Shown here piece by piece: positions 1 to 10,724 of a stretch of DNA of 64,000 nucleotides. The position numbers were made by a program, and so were the translations under genes. Every line of letters starts with the position of its first letter. Positions within the stretch are counted from its first letter, which is position 1. The DNA lies in the NCBI GenBank assembly GCA_963666285.1, contig OY762711.1, one strand, 5' to 3'. The notes beneath the pieces are model-generated. The model made no database searches. It saw only the letters and a list, made by a program, of their open reading frames with translations, and had not been told where the DNA came from. Origin of the DNA: Sedimentisphaerales bacterium. Lineage in GTDB: Bacteria > Planctomycetota > Phycisphaerae > Sedimentisphaerales > SM23-30.

Positions 1-2
1 AA

Positions 3-413
3 GAATGGGGCATCAAAAAGGCACTCATCCACGGCGGCTCCAGTTCTGTCCTTGCTTTAGATCCGCCCAAAAATTCTCCCGGATGGCCGATTACCCTATC
101 CCACCCGGAAACCGGCGAAACTGTTGACAGGCTGAACCTGGCTAACGAAGTTATCAGTTGTTCCGGCATGCGATATGGCCGTCATATCATCAATCCGGAA
201 ACCGGTATCCCTGTGACAGATCGCCAGTTATGCTGGCTCCGTACCAAACAGACCGCTGCCCTGGCCGATGCCTTATCGACAGCCGTTATGATCATGCCGG
301 AGGATGATGTCAAACTGTTAATTGAATCCGTACCCGATATCTCTATCAAAATATATCCAACAGAAAACGCCGACCTTAATGTTGAACCGATAACTTTTGG
401 CATCTGGCAATAA
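3..413 (+). CDS. apbE: FAD:protein FMN transferase (ApbE family), 5'-truncated by the window edge
   Basis: Frame is open from nt 3: EWGIKKALIHGGSSSVLAL..GWPITL..ISCSG..HIINPETG..AALADALSTA, which are typical ApbE motifs. Confidence 0.85.
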   Translation, partial: EWGIKKALIHGGSSSVLALDPPKNSPGWPITLSHPETGETVDRLNLANEVISCSGMRYGRHIINPETGIPVTDRQLCWLRTKQTAALADALSTAVMIMPEDDVKLLIESVPDISIKIYPTENADLNVEPITFGIWQ

Positions 414-523
414 GTTGGGTAGAATTATTAATTGACAATCAATTTGATTCTGTGTTTTTTTAACAGTTCGATATGCAAAGCTTTTAGAACAGGCCGCGTC
501 AGCGGACACCATATTTACCCTGA

Positions 524-580
524 CTAATACCCAATACCTAATAACTAATACCTCTCAAACTGACCATCTGTCAGTTTGAG
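524..580. repeat. Heptamer tract (ctaatac-like x4) followed by 27-bp REP-like palindrome CTCAAACTGACCATCTGTCAGTTTGAG
   Basis: Palindrome at 554-580; related copies at 12559, 13284, 21298 and 37468; it supplies the stop codon of the GT2 gene. Confidence 0.85.
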
Positions 581-1311
581 TTATTTATTACTGTCCTGAA
601 TGTCCTCTTCAGCCACACAATATCTTTCAGTATTTTATAAATCTCTTGTGACGGCTTCAACCTGCTGTCCAGGTCGCAGGTCCAGTTAATAGGAAATTCA
701 CTTATACTGCACCCTTCAGATAATGCCAGTAAGATAATCTCGACATCAAACATAAAACTGTCTATTTTACTCTGGCCGTACAGCTTTCTTGCTATATCGC
801 CATTATAAACCTTAAAACCGCATTGTGTATCTGTCAGGTTGCCCAGCTTTTTGATATCATGGATCAGGAACCAGTGAAACATTTTCGAACATAACTTGCG
901 GTAAAAACTCTGTGGCCGGTTAATATGGCATTCTGACAGCTTTCGCGACCCGTGAGCTATCTGGCAATCTCCGTTGCGGATAAGTTCCAGCCCCAGGTTG
1001 ATCTCATCAAACGGTACACAGCATCCGCTATCGGCAAAAGCGGCATACACACCCTTGCTCGCTATCATGCCTTCTCGAACGGCGCAGCCTTTACCCATAT
1101 TTTTCTCAAGTGTGATTACCCGGCATTCTGATGCCACTTTTTCGCCTGAACTTTTAGCCGATTCGCTCGTGTCGTCGCTGCTCCCATCGTCAACAATGAT
1201 AATTTCACCCTCAATATTATTTTCAGACAAATATTTATCCGCTTTAATAATATCGAGATGGATTTTGTGCTGTTCGTTTAATGCGGGTATTATTATTGAC
1301 AGTTCAGGCAT
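571..1311 (-). CDS. Glycosyltransferase family 2 (dolichyl-phosphate glycosyltransferase-like)
   Basis: LSIIIPALNE, IIIVDDGSSD, NMGKG, DTQCGFK and FMFDVE motifs. Confidence 0.9.
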   Translation of the reverse strand: MPELSIIIPALNEQHKIHLDIIKADKYLSENNIEGEIIIVDDGSSDDTSESAKSSGEKVASECRVITLEKNMGKGCAVREGMIASKGVYAAFADSGCCVPFDEINLGLELIRNGDCQIAHGSRKLSECHINRPQSFYRKLCSKMFHWFLIHDIKKLGNLTDTQCGFKVYNGDIARKLYGQSKIDSFMFDVEIILLALSEGCSISEFPINWTCDLDSRLKPSQEIYKILKDIVWLKRTFRTVINNSN

Positions 1312-1530
1312 GGATTATCCTTACAATACTTTTATCATTATTGTTATACCAATTATACATATATAATTAAGTTTAACAACAATTATCCCAACTATTAAGA
1401 GACTCAATCTGTATAAACTGTAGGCAGACAATCGCAAAAGCTAATAAGATGAAATACCCGTCTAAGATAGAATGCCACCTTGCGAAGCTTTTAAAATAAC
1501 CTCAACTCTTCAGTCTTAGTTTTTCACTTA

Positions 1531-2895
1531 TTACAGGTCGTATTCCTTAATCTTCCTGTATAATGTTCGCTCGCCGATACCCAGCATCTTTGCCGCCTGC
1601 TCGCGGTTGCCGTTCACCATCTCCAGTGTACGCTTTATGGCTGTCTTCTCCAGCTCTGTCAGGTTGATTCCCGCCAGGTTATTCAGCTCTACTTCGGTGC
1701 CGGTATTCTCGTGGATTTCAATCGGCAGGTCGGTTATATCCAGCAGCTCGGAATCTGCCAGTACTACCATCATCTTAACACAGTTTCGCAGTTCGCGTAC
1801 ATTGCCAGGCCATTCATAGCTCTTTAAGATCCTCATCGCCGATGGTGTAAAACCCTTCACGTTTCGATTCTCAGTTTCGGCAAATTCTTCCACGAAATGA
1901 TTCAGCAGCAACGGGATATCTGCTCTTCGCTCCTGCAGCGATGGTATCTGGATATTTACCCCGCGAATACGATAGTACAGATCCTGCCTGAACTCTTTTT
2001 TCTCGATCATTTCTTCCAGGTTCTGGTTGGTTGCACTTATTATCCGCACATCAACCTGCGTTCCCTTGGTTGCTCCCACAGGGATTACAACCTGGTCTTC
2101 CAATACTCTCAGCAGCTTCGCCTGCATATTCTGCGGCATATCGCCTATCTCATCCAGAAACAGCGTGCCGCCGTCCGCCATCGCAAAGAAACCCTTACGT
2201 TCTGTCTCTGCCCCGGTAAATGCACCCTTAACATGACCAAACAGCTCACTTTCCAGCAGGGTATCACTCAGACCCGCACAGTTTACCGGCACAAAAGGAC
2301 CATTTTTACGCGGTGAATTATAGTGGATAGCCTCTGCACACAGTTCCTTACCGGTTCCGCTTGGCCCTTGCAGCAATACAGGAACACTAGAATCTGCCGC
2401 ACGGTTCAGTTTATCCAGTACCTTCAGCATAGCAGGGGACTCACCAATCACCCCGGCAAAGTCAAATTTCCTTTCCAGCTGATCCTGCAGCCTGCGGTTA
2501 GTTCGTTCCAGCTGTATCTTCTCTGCCGCACGATTTACCACCGCTCGCAGCATATCCAGGTCAATTGGCTTTGGGATATAGTCGTATGCGCCTTCTCGTA
2601 ACGCTTCTTTACAGGTTTCTATCGAGCTGTGTGCTGTTATCAGCACCACCGCACAGGAACGCTCGCTGCCCGATACTTCCTTCAATATCTCAAGACCGTC
2701 AATACTGCCGCCCAGCCTCAGGTCGGTTACAATTACATGCGGGTCACCCAGTCTGAATATGTCCAGACCTTCCTCACCGCTTGTTGCAATCGTAAGCTCA
2801 TAGCCCTCTCGCTCCAGTGCTTCGGCTAGTGCCTCGGCATGAGCTTCTTCGTCTTCTATTATCAATACCGGTATTGTTGTATCTCTTTTTGTCAT
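1531..2895 (-). CDS. Sigma-54-dependent response regulator (NtrC/AtoC/ZraR family)
   Basis: Receiver domain, Walker A GPSGTGKE, GAFTGA loop, WPGNVREL, C-terminal Fis-type HTH. Confidence 0.95.
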   Translation of the reverse strand: MTKRDTTIPVLIIEDEEAHAEALAEALEREGYELTIATSGEEGLDIFRLGDPHVIVTDLRLGGSIDGLEILKEVSGSERSCAVVLITAHSSIETCKEALREGAYDYIPKPIDLDMLRAVVNRAAEKIQLERTNRRLQDQLERKFDFAGVIGESPAMLKVLDKLNRAADSSVPVLLQGPSGTGKELCAEAIHYNSPRKNGPFVPVNCAGLSDTLLESELFGHVKGAFTGAETERKGFFAMADGGTLFLDEIGDMPQNMQAKLLRVLEDQVVIPVGATKGTQVDVRIISATNQNLEEMIEKKEFRQDLYYRIRGVNIQIPSLQERRADIPLLLNHFVEEFAETENRNVKGFTPSAMRILKSYEWPGNVRELRNCVKMMVVLADSELLDITDLPIEIHENTGTEVELNNLAGINLTELEKTAIKRTLEMVNGNREQAAKMLGIGERTLYRKIKEYDL

Positions 2896-2899
2896 AGCT

Positions 2900-3775
2900 C
2901 TATTTATTGTGTTTTACCAGCGGCAGGTTAATGGCAAAGCTCGTTCCTTTGCCGGGCTCGCTGTGTAAGGTAATATTACCATTCATTTCTTCTATTATTC
3001 TGCGGCATGTCGGCAGCCCCAGACCTGTTCCGCCCGAACGGGTCGTAAAGTACGGGTCGAATATCTTTTCCTGGTTTTCATCGGTTATCCCCGGTCCGGT
3101 ATCAATGATTTCTATATGCAAATCATCTCCGTCAGGCATACTTTTTATAATGAGCTCGCCGCCGCTTTCAGACATCGCCTGGGTGGCGTTGATAAACAGG
3201 TTAAGAATTGCCTGCTTAAAATGTGCGGCGTCTATTTTGCACAATGCCTTGTCCATGCCGATACTTCGACGTATCTGAACGTTCTTTGTGGTTGCCTGTG
3301 GCTCATAAAAGTCTATCAGGTCGTCCAGAACTTCATTTACGTCCTGTTCCGATAGATGCAGCTCCATCTTCCCCGCATACTGCATAAAATCATTCAAGGT
3401 ATCGCTTAATCGATCACTTTCGCCGGTAAGTGTCTTTATTTTGCGTAGTTGACGACGGAATTTCTTTTCCGGTTCCGTAATCAGCGAAAAATCAAATCCA
3501 TCTTCAACACTGCCGTCCTTCAAAAGGTATTCGATATCTTCATGCAGCAGCTGCAGGTTTACCTTTATTATAGACAATGGGTTACGGATCTCATGGGCCA
3601 GGTTGCTTGTCAAATCGCCCAGGTTCGCCATTTGCTCGGCCTGCTTCAGCCGGTCGCTCAGCTGGCGGCGGGTTTCTTTCAGTCTGCTTATATATCTCCC
3701 GGCATAACGGCTTCCTGCCCAGAAGCCGCCGAGCGAGCCGACAATTATTCCTAATAAGATATATATAGTAGTCAT
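2900..3775 (-). CDS. Membrane-anchored sensor histidine kinase, cognate to the downstream regulator
   Basis: N-terminal TM helix, LAHEIRNPL H-box, N box, DTGPG, GTGLGL. Confidence 0.93.
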   Translation of the reverse strand: MTTIYILLGIIVGSLGGFWAGSRYAGRYISRLKETRRQLSDRLKQAEQMANLGDLTSNLAHEIRNPLSIIKVNLQLLHEDIEYLLKDGSVEDGFDFSLITEPEKKFRRQLRKIKTLTGESDRLSDTLNDFMQYAGKMELHLSEQDVNEVLDDLIDFYEPQATTKNVQIRRSIGMDKALCKIDAAHFKQAILNLFINATQAMSESGGELIIKSMPDGDDLHIEIIDTGPGITDENQEKIFDPYFTTRSGGTGLGLPTCRRIIEEMNGNITLHSEPGKGTSFAINLPLVKHNK

Positions 3776-4272
3776 AGTTTCCGTAACATATTAATCGCAA
3801 AATGCCCTTTTTTCAAGCAGAATAACACTCAACCAAAACCGCTGGTGAACTGCAATTATACGGTCAATCATATGGTTTTTAACGATAAACGTCCTATAAC
3901 CTTGCTAATTGAGCTTATTTTATTTTTTTTTAGCCCGGATTGAAGTTTTTTTCACCTTTGAGACGCTTTCAAGGCTGACCGTTTCGTCACAATCGTTACA
4001 GTTATACCGGGATAATCGTTACAGTCGGCTCGACATTTGAAACATTCGTTACAAGTGGAACTTTTGCAAGGGCTGAGTTATCAAATCCCCATTTTCAGTG
4101 CTGAAAACGCTGTTTTTTTTTATTAAGGGTACATACTTACCTACCGATAGATTCTCTGGACAGGGGAGTTAAAAAAAGCTTATGCTTCTTGAAGCTTAAG
4201 CGACTTGTTCAAAAACCAGGCAAAGGGAAGAGGAAAAAAGTAGAAAGCATCCAGGACAGGAGAAAAGAGAAT

Positions 4273-5952
4273 ATGAGTTTTGCTTTAGAATTGTTGGGTA
4301 AAGGTCTGGAAGAAGATTTAATGCGGTTTATTCTGCCGTTTGCAAATCCTCTTTCAAACGACGACCTCGAAATGCTTCAGGAAGCAATAGACAAACAGCC
4401 AAATCATATTGCCAACCAGTTGCGGCTGGCAATCCATTTCGTACAGAGTGGCAGTAATGACAAGGCTGAACAGGTCTTTGATGCTATCTTGAAGTACAAC
4501 CCATCGCATCTGGATGCTCGTCTTGCCAGGGCTTCTATGTATGCAGCAGGCGGTGAAATCGATAATGCTGTTAATCAGTTGGAAGAAGCTAGAAAACAAT
4601 TCCCTGATGATGTGAGAGTTCTCTACGGCATCGCGCATTGTCTTGAACGCGAAGGCAAAATTGATGAAGCTGTAGAATATTATACCAGGGTTGCCGGCGC
4701 AAAAAGCTATCTCAAAGAAGCCTGGGAGCGACTGGCTGCTATTGAACTTCGCAGGGATAATTTACCTAAGGCTATCGAATATTGCTGTGAACTGAGAGAG
4801 CGATTCCCGGAAGATTCTTGGTTTTATATGATTCTTGGTCAGCTCTATTTTGCCGTTGAAGATTATGAACAAGCCATGGAAAGTTTTGAAAGAGGGCTTT
4901 TGATAGAGCCGGAAAACTTTGATGACCGCGATGATGACGTCGAAGCTCTTGTTAGAGAAGGGCAGTTTGAACAGGCGATTGAGCTTGTCAAGATGGCTAT
5001 CGAAGAAGAGCATGGCTCTTTCCCGACTACTTTTGTCAGGCTTGGTGATCTATATTGCCAGATAGGCTCCGATCAGCATGCGGTATTGTCTTATAGCCGG
5101 GCATTGGAAATCTATCCTGGATACCTTGAAGCTGCTGTTAAGCTTGGCACCCAGCATATGAGAATGCACCGTTATTACAAGGCGGCGGAATCATTTAACA
5201 ATGCTGTTGAGATTAACGATAGAATCGTCGCGGCCTATATTGGCCTCGGTGCTTCCCAGTTCCTCGCCGGTCGTCCGGAAGCTGCCGAAGATACCTTTGA
5301 TCTCGCTTGTGCGCTCGAACCAAATACCAACCTGCTGTTTGCAGAGATTAACCGGTTGCATATTAAGCTTGCCATTCAGAATTCTGAAATAAGCGATATT
5401 GACGAAAGTCAGGTCGGTTACGATGGCAAAGATCTGCTTGATATCCAGTTTGCCCGTTACAGACGAGGTTTGGATGAATGGCCGAATAAAGCCGAGCTGC
5501 ATTATAACTATGCTTTGCTTCTCAGGGGCAAAGGGATGGTTGACAATGCGATCAGGCATTATGGCAGGGCTCTTGAGACTAACCCGTCTTTCCAGCGTGC
5601 CCGCTTCAAGCTTGGGTTGGCTTTGCGTGAAAAGAAAAAATACCAGGAAAGTACTACCGAGTTTATAAAAGGTATGCAGATCAGTAAGGAACATTGCGAG
5701 CTCCATTATAAGCTTGCCCTGATGTACTGTGACAAGCTCCAGTTTGCATTAGCGGTTGAACATGTTGAAACTGTTCCCGATGCGATGGATGTCGGCATTA
5801 GTCTAGGTGCAAATATCAACCTGGCTCTGCAAAATATGGGACTGGTCAACAGGGCAGAGGCTACCTGGCGTACCGTGTGTGAACTGGACCCGCAAAGTAC
5901 TCTGGCATTCCATTCGCAGAGAAAAGGACATCTCAGTCACAATAGTCAGTGA
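4273..5952 (+). CDS. Tetratricopeptide-repeat protein
   Basis: Many TPR-like helical repeats (A..Y.RALE..P); ATG at 4273 preferred over the TTG at 4189. Confidence 0.85.
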   Translation: MSFALELLGKGLEEDLMRFILPFANPLSNDDLEMLQEAIDKQPNHIANQLRLAIHFVQSGSNDKAEQVFDAILKYNPSHLDARLARASMYAAGGEIDNAVNQLEEARKQFPDDVRVLYGIAHCLEREGKIDEAVEYYTRVAGAKSYLKEAWERLAAIELRRDNLPKAIEYCCELRERFPEDSWFYMILGQLYFAVEDYEQAMESFERGLLIEPENFDDRDDDVEALVREGQFEQAIELVKMAIEEEHGSFPTTFVRLGDLYCQIGSDQHAVLSYSRALEIYPGYLEAAVKLGTQHMRMHRYYKAAESFNNAVEINDRIVAAYIGLGASQFLAGRPEAAEDTFDLACALEPNTNLLFAEINRLHIKLAIQNSEISDIDESQVGYDGKDLLDIQFARYRRGLDEWPNKAELHYNYALLLRGKGMVDNAIRHYGRALETNPSFQRARFKLGLALREKKKYQESTTEFIKGMQISKEHCELHYKLALMYCDKLQFALAVEHVETVPDAMDVGISLGANINLALQNMGLVNRAEATWRTVCELDPQSTLAFHSQRKGHLSHNSQ

Positions 5953-6046
5953 TAAGATTTTTTGATTGAAATTGATACCAAACTTTTCTCTTTGTTAGAG
6001 TTTGGTTTAACGAACCATTAGCTTTTTTGTACCACAATTCTTTTTG

Positions 6047-6082
6047 AGGGTCGGCAATTTAAAACTGCCGACCCTTTTATTT
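6047..6082 (+). terminator. Rho-independent terminator
   Basis: agggtcggca / tgccgaccct stem followed by a T-rich tail, downstream of the TPR gene. Confidence 0.8.
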
Positions 6083-6136
6083 TAATCAAACCAATTATAT
6101 ATTGAAAACTCTATTTTGCGTCAGCTGTCTTTATAA

Positions 6137-6201
6137 AAAACTAATCTGAGTTAAAATTAGTTTTGTTTTTATGATTATCCGAAAGATATTTGATCTTTGA
6201 A
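6137..6201 (+). repeat. ~65-bp direct repeat, copy 1 (copy 2 at 11225-11290)
   Basis: aaaactaatctgag..aaaattag..tttatga.tat..gaaaga.at.tg.tctttgaa is shared by both copies. Confidence 0.75.
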
Positions 6202-7401
6202 GCGGTTGGTCATAGGATTTCAAAAGAAGTGAGCCAGAATTCTACTGTAACTTCATATAATGAATATTGTTACAGTGGTGACCGGATTATTGCTGAGTAT
6301 GAAGACCTTGATAGTGACAGTTTCTGTGATGAATTAGCCAGAAAATATATTTATGGTCTGGACATTGATGAACCGATATGTATGATTGTTTATGATGCCT
6401 CAGGGATTGAAGATGGTCTATATTTCTACCATCAGGATGCCCTGGGCAGCGTAATAGCTCTTTCAAAATATGATGAGATTAATGGCTATGCCTCTGTAGT
6501 TGAAAAATACGATTATACCCCGTTTGGCCTTACTACTATCTACTCCCCAGGAATCAATGGAATATGGGGAGATTCAGATGATTTAGATGATTTGACAGTT
6601 TCAAATTATGGTAATCCTTATCTTTTCACAGGTAGAAGATGGGACCAGGAAACCGGCAAATGGGATAGTACAGCAGGACCATCAGGAAAATGGGTTGCTG
6701 ATACAGGGTTGTATTATTATCGTGCCAGGACATATGCTCCTGAATTCGGCAGATTCCTCCAGCCTGATCCTATTGGTTATTCCGATGGCATGAATATGTA
6801 TGCCTATGTCGGCAATAATCCAGTTGGATTTGTTGATCCGATGGGTACTAGTAGGGAGTATTTGAGATTTTTTAGAATAAAGCCAGCATCTGTTCTAATT
6901 ACTGCAACAGAGAGTGGTAATAAAACTCGTCTCAAATTAGTTAGTGCGACTGACATTGTCAATACGATGGAGAAATCTAAAGCATCAGGCGACAAAATAA
7001 CATATTTTGAGTATATTGGTCATGGAGATACTAGTGGTGGTGGTTTATCTGTTAATCAAAAAGATGGCCTACCTACTGGTATTTGGACTTTTGATTACGA
7101 CACTTATGCAATAAGTGATACAGAAAATGTTGATGTTTCGCATATGAACTATAATATTAATGATTTGGCGAAATTGATCAATGATGCTTTTGTTAGTGAT
7201 CCAACAATGATTTTAGGAGGATGTTGCACAGCAAAAGGTGACAACAGTATTGCATATATATTAAAAAAGATATTACCAAGTGCAGATATCTATGGTTACG
7301 ATGACATTGCACAGATAAATACTATACTTGATAAACACCGCCCTAAAGAAGAAACAGGCACAAAGTACATTAAAGTTGGAGCTGACAAAAAATGCGAATA
7401 A
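6190..7401 (+). CDS. Orphan (5'-truncated) Rhs repeat-associated core protein with C-terminal toxin domain
   Basis: YFYHQDALGS, YDYTPFG, FTGRRWD, GLYYYRARTY, GRFLQPDPIG, NPVGFVDPMG; lacks a signal peptide and the main YD-repeat body. Confidence 0.88.
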   Translation: MIFEAVGHRISKEVSQNSTVTSYNEYCYSGDRIIAEYEDLDSDSFCDELARKYIYGLDIDEPICMIVYDASGIEDGLYFYHQDALGSVIALSKYDEINGYASVVEKYDYTPFGLTTIYSPGINGIWGDSDDLDDLTVSNYGNPYLFTGRRWDQETGKWDSTAGPSGKWVADTGLYYYRARTYAPEFGRFLQPDPIGYSDGMNMYAYVGNNPVGFVDPMGTSREYLRFFRIKPASVLITATESGNKTRLKLVSATDIVNTMEKSKASGDKITYFEYIGHGDTSGGGLSVNQKDGLPTGIWTFDYDTYAISDTENVDVSHMNYNINDLAKLINDAFVSDPTMILGGCCTAKGDNSIAYILKKILPSADIYGYDDIAQINTILDKHRPKEETGTKYIKVGADKKCE

Positions 7402-7820
7402 AAATCTTTCTTTTAATTACGTCACTAATTTTATTGTTTGTGATTATTATGGTTGTATTTAATGATGCTGATAGTATATATAAACATAGAGTCGATGGAA
7501 CCAAATTTTCATTGTATTATCTGCGTTCAATGATTATATGTTATAATAAAGAAGAGGGCATTTATCCTAAGTCGCTTGCGGAAATGCAAAATTATTTCAA
7601 TGAGAAAAAAACTAATTCATTTAGAAATAATAATAGTGAATATATATCAAGTAAAGATGGTTGCGACAAAGAGTTTGATTCTCTAGATGGCAATGGTGGG
7701 TGGTATTATGATAATAATACAGGGCTTGTTAAGGTAAATATTACTAAGCCTGTAAATTATTATTTGCAATCCAAATCTTGGTTTTGTAGTAGTGATGATG
7801 AAATACCAAGTGAGTGGTAG
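7392..7820 (+). CDS. Putative immunity protein with N-terminal TM helix and pseudopilin-like features
   Basis: Overlaps the Rhs stop codon; AT-rich; LRSMIICYNKEEGIYPKSL and GGWYYDNNTG. Confidence 0.6.
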   Translation: MRIKIFLLITSLILLFVIIMVVFNDADSIYKHRVDGTKFSLYYLRSMIICYNKEEGIYPKSLAEMQNYFNEKKTNSFRNNNSEYISSKDGCDKEFDSLDGNGGWYYDNNTGLVKVNITKPVNYYLQSKSWFCSSDDEIPSEW

Positions 7821-7857
7821 ATAAATCAGCAAGAGATAAATTAAAGGTGTCTGACAC

Positions 7858-8060
7858 GAATGGCGGTAGATTAAGGGAATTAAAGCTAAAAAGCCTCCAT
7901 GAACGATAATGGAAATATCACAATACTATTATCGAAACGGAGGCTCATATGTCTGAAAAGGATTTCGGCAAAAACAGCATCAAAGCTTTAAGAATTCACC
8001 AGAAACTTGAATCATCTATCCTTAATTCTATCCGCAAAGTATTACCAGGCTCTATAATAC
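7858..8060 (+). mobile_element. IS4-family left-end remnant (TIR plus first ~35 transposase codons)
   Basis: gaatggcggtagattaag resembles IS4-type TIRs; hairpin agcctcc/ggaggct covers the RBS; short ORF 7949-8095 MSEKDFGKNSIKALRIHQKLESSILNSIRKVLP. Confidence 0.55.
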
Positions 8061-8075
8061 GAAAGAAAATAGATA

Positions 8076-8960
8076 ATGAAACGAACAAGTTATAAAGATG
8101 ATGATATGCAATTTGAGATATTGAGCTATTCAGATAAAAAAGTTGTGTGGGTAGATTCAGATAGAATTCAAGAGTGTATGGATTATTGTATAAAAAAGTC
8201 ACTTGATGGTGTGGCAATTTCTCCTCATAAAAATTATAAAAAAAATGATATAGATTTTTTAGCTAATTATCAAGAAGATATTTCTTGTGTTATTATTCCT
8301 TCAGGGAGTGATATTGATATTTCCGTATTAACAAAAATGGATAAATTGCATTGTGTTTCTTTTTCGGGCAATAAACAAGAATTAGATTTTTCAAATAGCA
8401 AATTAGAGCAAATATATATAGAATGGCATAACAAGGTTAAGTTGCCTGAATCCTCTTATTTATTAAAGAAGCTCTATTTGATGAACTATAAGCCGAAAAT
8501 TAAAAACCTGTCATTACTTGGTGAATACCCCTCTTTGGTAGAATTAAGTCTTCGGCAAGCAATAATCAATTCTCTTGAAGGATTAAACAAACTTAAATCG
8601 CTGAATTGGTTACAGGTTGCGCATGTTCGAAATATTGAAACCCTTGAAGGACTTGAATCTAGTTCTCTTAAATGTTTAGAAATTGATACTTGTAAAAAAA
8701 ATACAGATTTTGAAAAAATAGCAAGATTACGTAATCTTGAAAAACTAATATTGTCAAATTGTGGGAAAATTCCAACCTTAAAATTCATTTCAAAAATGAA
8801 GAACCTGAAATTTCTTTCTTTTGAAAATAGTGAAATTGTTGATGGAGAACTTAGCTATTGCCTTGGACTGGATTATGTTGGTTTTAACAATAAAAGACAT
8901 TATACACATACTTTCGAACAGTTTGAAAAAAATAAAACTAATATTAATTTTTTTGACTGA
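8076..8960 (+). CDS. Leucine-rich-repeat protein, probable orphan immunity protein
   Basis: Repeated LxxLxL motifs (LKKLYL, LVELSL, LEKLIL, LKFLSF); located in the Rhs locus. Confidence 0.8.
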   Translation: MKRTSYKDDDMQFEILSYSDKKVVWVDSDRIQECMDYCIKKSLDGVAISPHKNYKKNDIDFLANYQEDISCVIIPSGSDIDISVLTKMDKLHCVSFSGNKQELDFSNSKLEQIYIEWHNKVKLPESSYLLKKLYLMNYKPKIKNLSLLGEYPSLVELSLRQAIINSLEGLNKLKSLNWLQVAHVRNIETLEGLESSSLKCLEIDTCKKNTDFEKIARLRNLEKLILSNCGKIPTLKFISKMKNLKFLSFENSEIVDGELSYCLGLDYVGFNNKRHYTHTFEQFEKNKTNINFFD

Positions 8961-9447
8961 ATGTATTGATAATGTTTTTTCTGTTTTGCTTTTAAGTCAT
9001 TAAGGAATGATAATATTAGTTGGAATAGAATGAATTATTACTTTGTAATTGTCCTTCAATTTTAAATATACATAGTGATTTGGGGAATGGGGCAGCTATG
9101 GCTCACGCTGCGATAAGCAAGAAAGGATGCGAGTAATATGAATACTATGAATGGTTGGATTAAGCAGATGTACTGGTTCAGCGTGAACTGGACAAATCCG
9201 TTTCCAATTTAATAGACTTTACGTCTTGATTTTAACAACATGTTTTGCCTTCGGCAAGGCTTTATTTTACAGGTTTTTTAAGGCATTACAAAGCTCTGAA
9301 TGATCTTTGAAAATGGTGGCAGCGTGCAACCACCACCATAACGACAATTCGTCGCTCAGTTCCGGCTATCCCTGGCAGGTTGCACCTCTGCAGAGCCTGC
9401 TTCCGTTTCGCCGGACAAATGCATTATCAATTACATCATTCAAACTG

Positions 9448-10400
9448 TCAAGCTGATTTCCGTTTCTGTTTTCGGGCTGCTCTGGCTGCTTCCAGCTTCC
9501 TGTCACGTTCGGCATGGATCGCCTCGGCTCTACCCTCAAGCTTATCAATCGGAGTAATATAACCTATCGCACTATGCAACCGTTTATTATTATAATGGTC
9601 AACAAAGTCTGTTACCAGACGCCGACCATCTTCCAGAGATAACGGCGTTTTTGGTCTAATACAGGTACTTTTGATAGTTTTATGATACCTTTCCAACTTA
9701 CCATTACTCTGTGGATAATACGGCGAGGTTCTTACATGTGTCATGCCGCTGAGCCTGATATATTCCTTGAAGTCTTTCGATATAAACTGCGGTCCATTGT
9801 CAGAGATAATCCTAGGGTTTTCATCCGGGAACTTCTCCCTGGCTTTCTGCAAAATTATCTCTACATCGTATTCTTTCATTGCTTCACGGATCTCCCAGTG
9901 AACAATATAACGGCTGTAGCCGTCCAGAATACTGCACATGTAGTAAAACGTGCCGCAAATATTGAGGTAAGATATGTCTATATGCCAATGGTCATGAGCC
10001 TGTATCGGCTGAACAAAACCGGTGCCTTTCTTGCTGGCTTTACGGTTCCACCTGTCCATATACCCGGCATCTTTCAATACCCGATATACGCTGGAAGGAC
10101 TTACTGCTACAATATCGGCATCCATCATCATATAACACAATCTGCGATAACCTTCTTTCGAATATCGGCGGAAATAATCTATTATCGTCTGTCTCTCGGC
10201 TTCGGTCAGCCAGAAATCTCTCGGTATCAGACCATTATGCTCGTTTTCCATGCCGTATCGCTTCTTCCAGTTATAATATTTACTGCGGGATATGCCCAGC
10301 CACTTTATCATGACCTTGGCAACAATTTCAGTTCGGTTGGTCCAGTAGCCTACATAGTCAACTACCTGATCACGAACATCAGGTTCAGCCCAGGAACCAT
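9448..10400 (-). CDS. IS3 transposase OrfB (DDE/rve domain), probably expressed via -1 frameshift; 5' boundary approximate
   Basis: WHIDISY, SDNGPQF, PQSNGKLERY; A8G slippery run at 10417-10425 on the minus strand. Confidence 0.9.
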
Positions 10401-10724
10401 TTAGTCCTCGCCAAGACTTTTTTTTAGCTTGATATGTGACTCCATAATCTCGGCAATTACTTCATCCTTTTGAGTTATCTTTGCCTGAAGTTGTGCATTT
10501 TGACGCTCTAATCGTTTATCATAAGGAACTTTTCGGCTCTTGGCCTGTTTTGTAAATGCCGCAGCTCCATTTTCAAAAAACTGCTTCTGCCAATTGTAAA
10601 ATACATTAGGATTTAGACCGATTCGCTCGCATATCTCTGACACCGGAACGTTATCAACCAAATGCTCTTTGAGTAACTTTACCTTCTCTTCTGCTGAATA
10701 ATTCTTACGCTTTGCCATGTACAT
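10401..10724 (-). CDS. IS3 transposase OrfA (HTH)
   Basis: RKNYSAEEK..VSEICERIGLNPNVFYNWQKQ followed by a coiled coil. Confidence 0.9.
   Translation of the reverse strand: MYMAKRKNYSAEEKVKLLKEHLVDNVPVSEICERIGLNPNVFYNWQKQFFENGAAAFTKQAKSRKVPYDKRLERQNAQLQAKITQKDEVIAEIMESHIKLKKSLGED

Noticed and set aside
9682..10404. 240-aa plus-strand ORF
   Set aside because: Antisense shadow of the IS3 transposase
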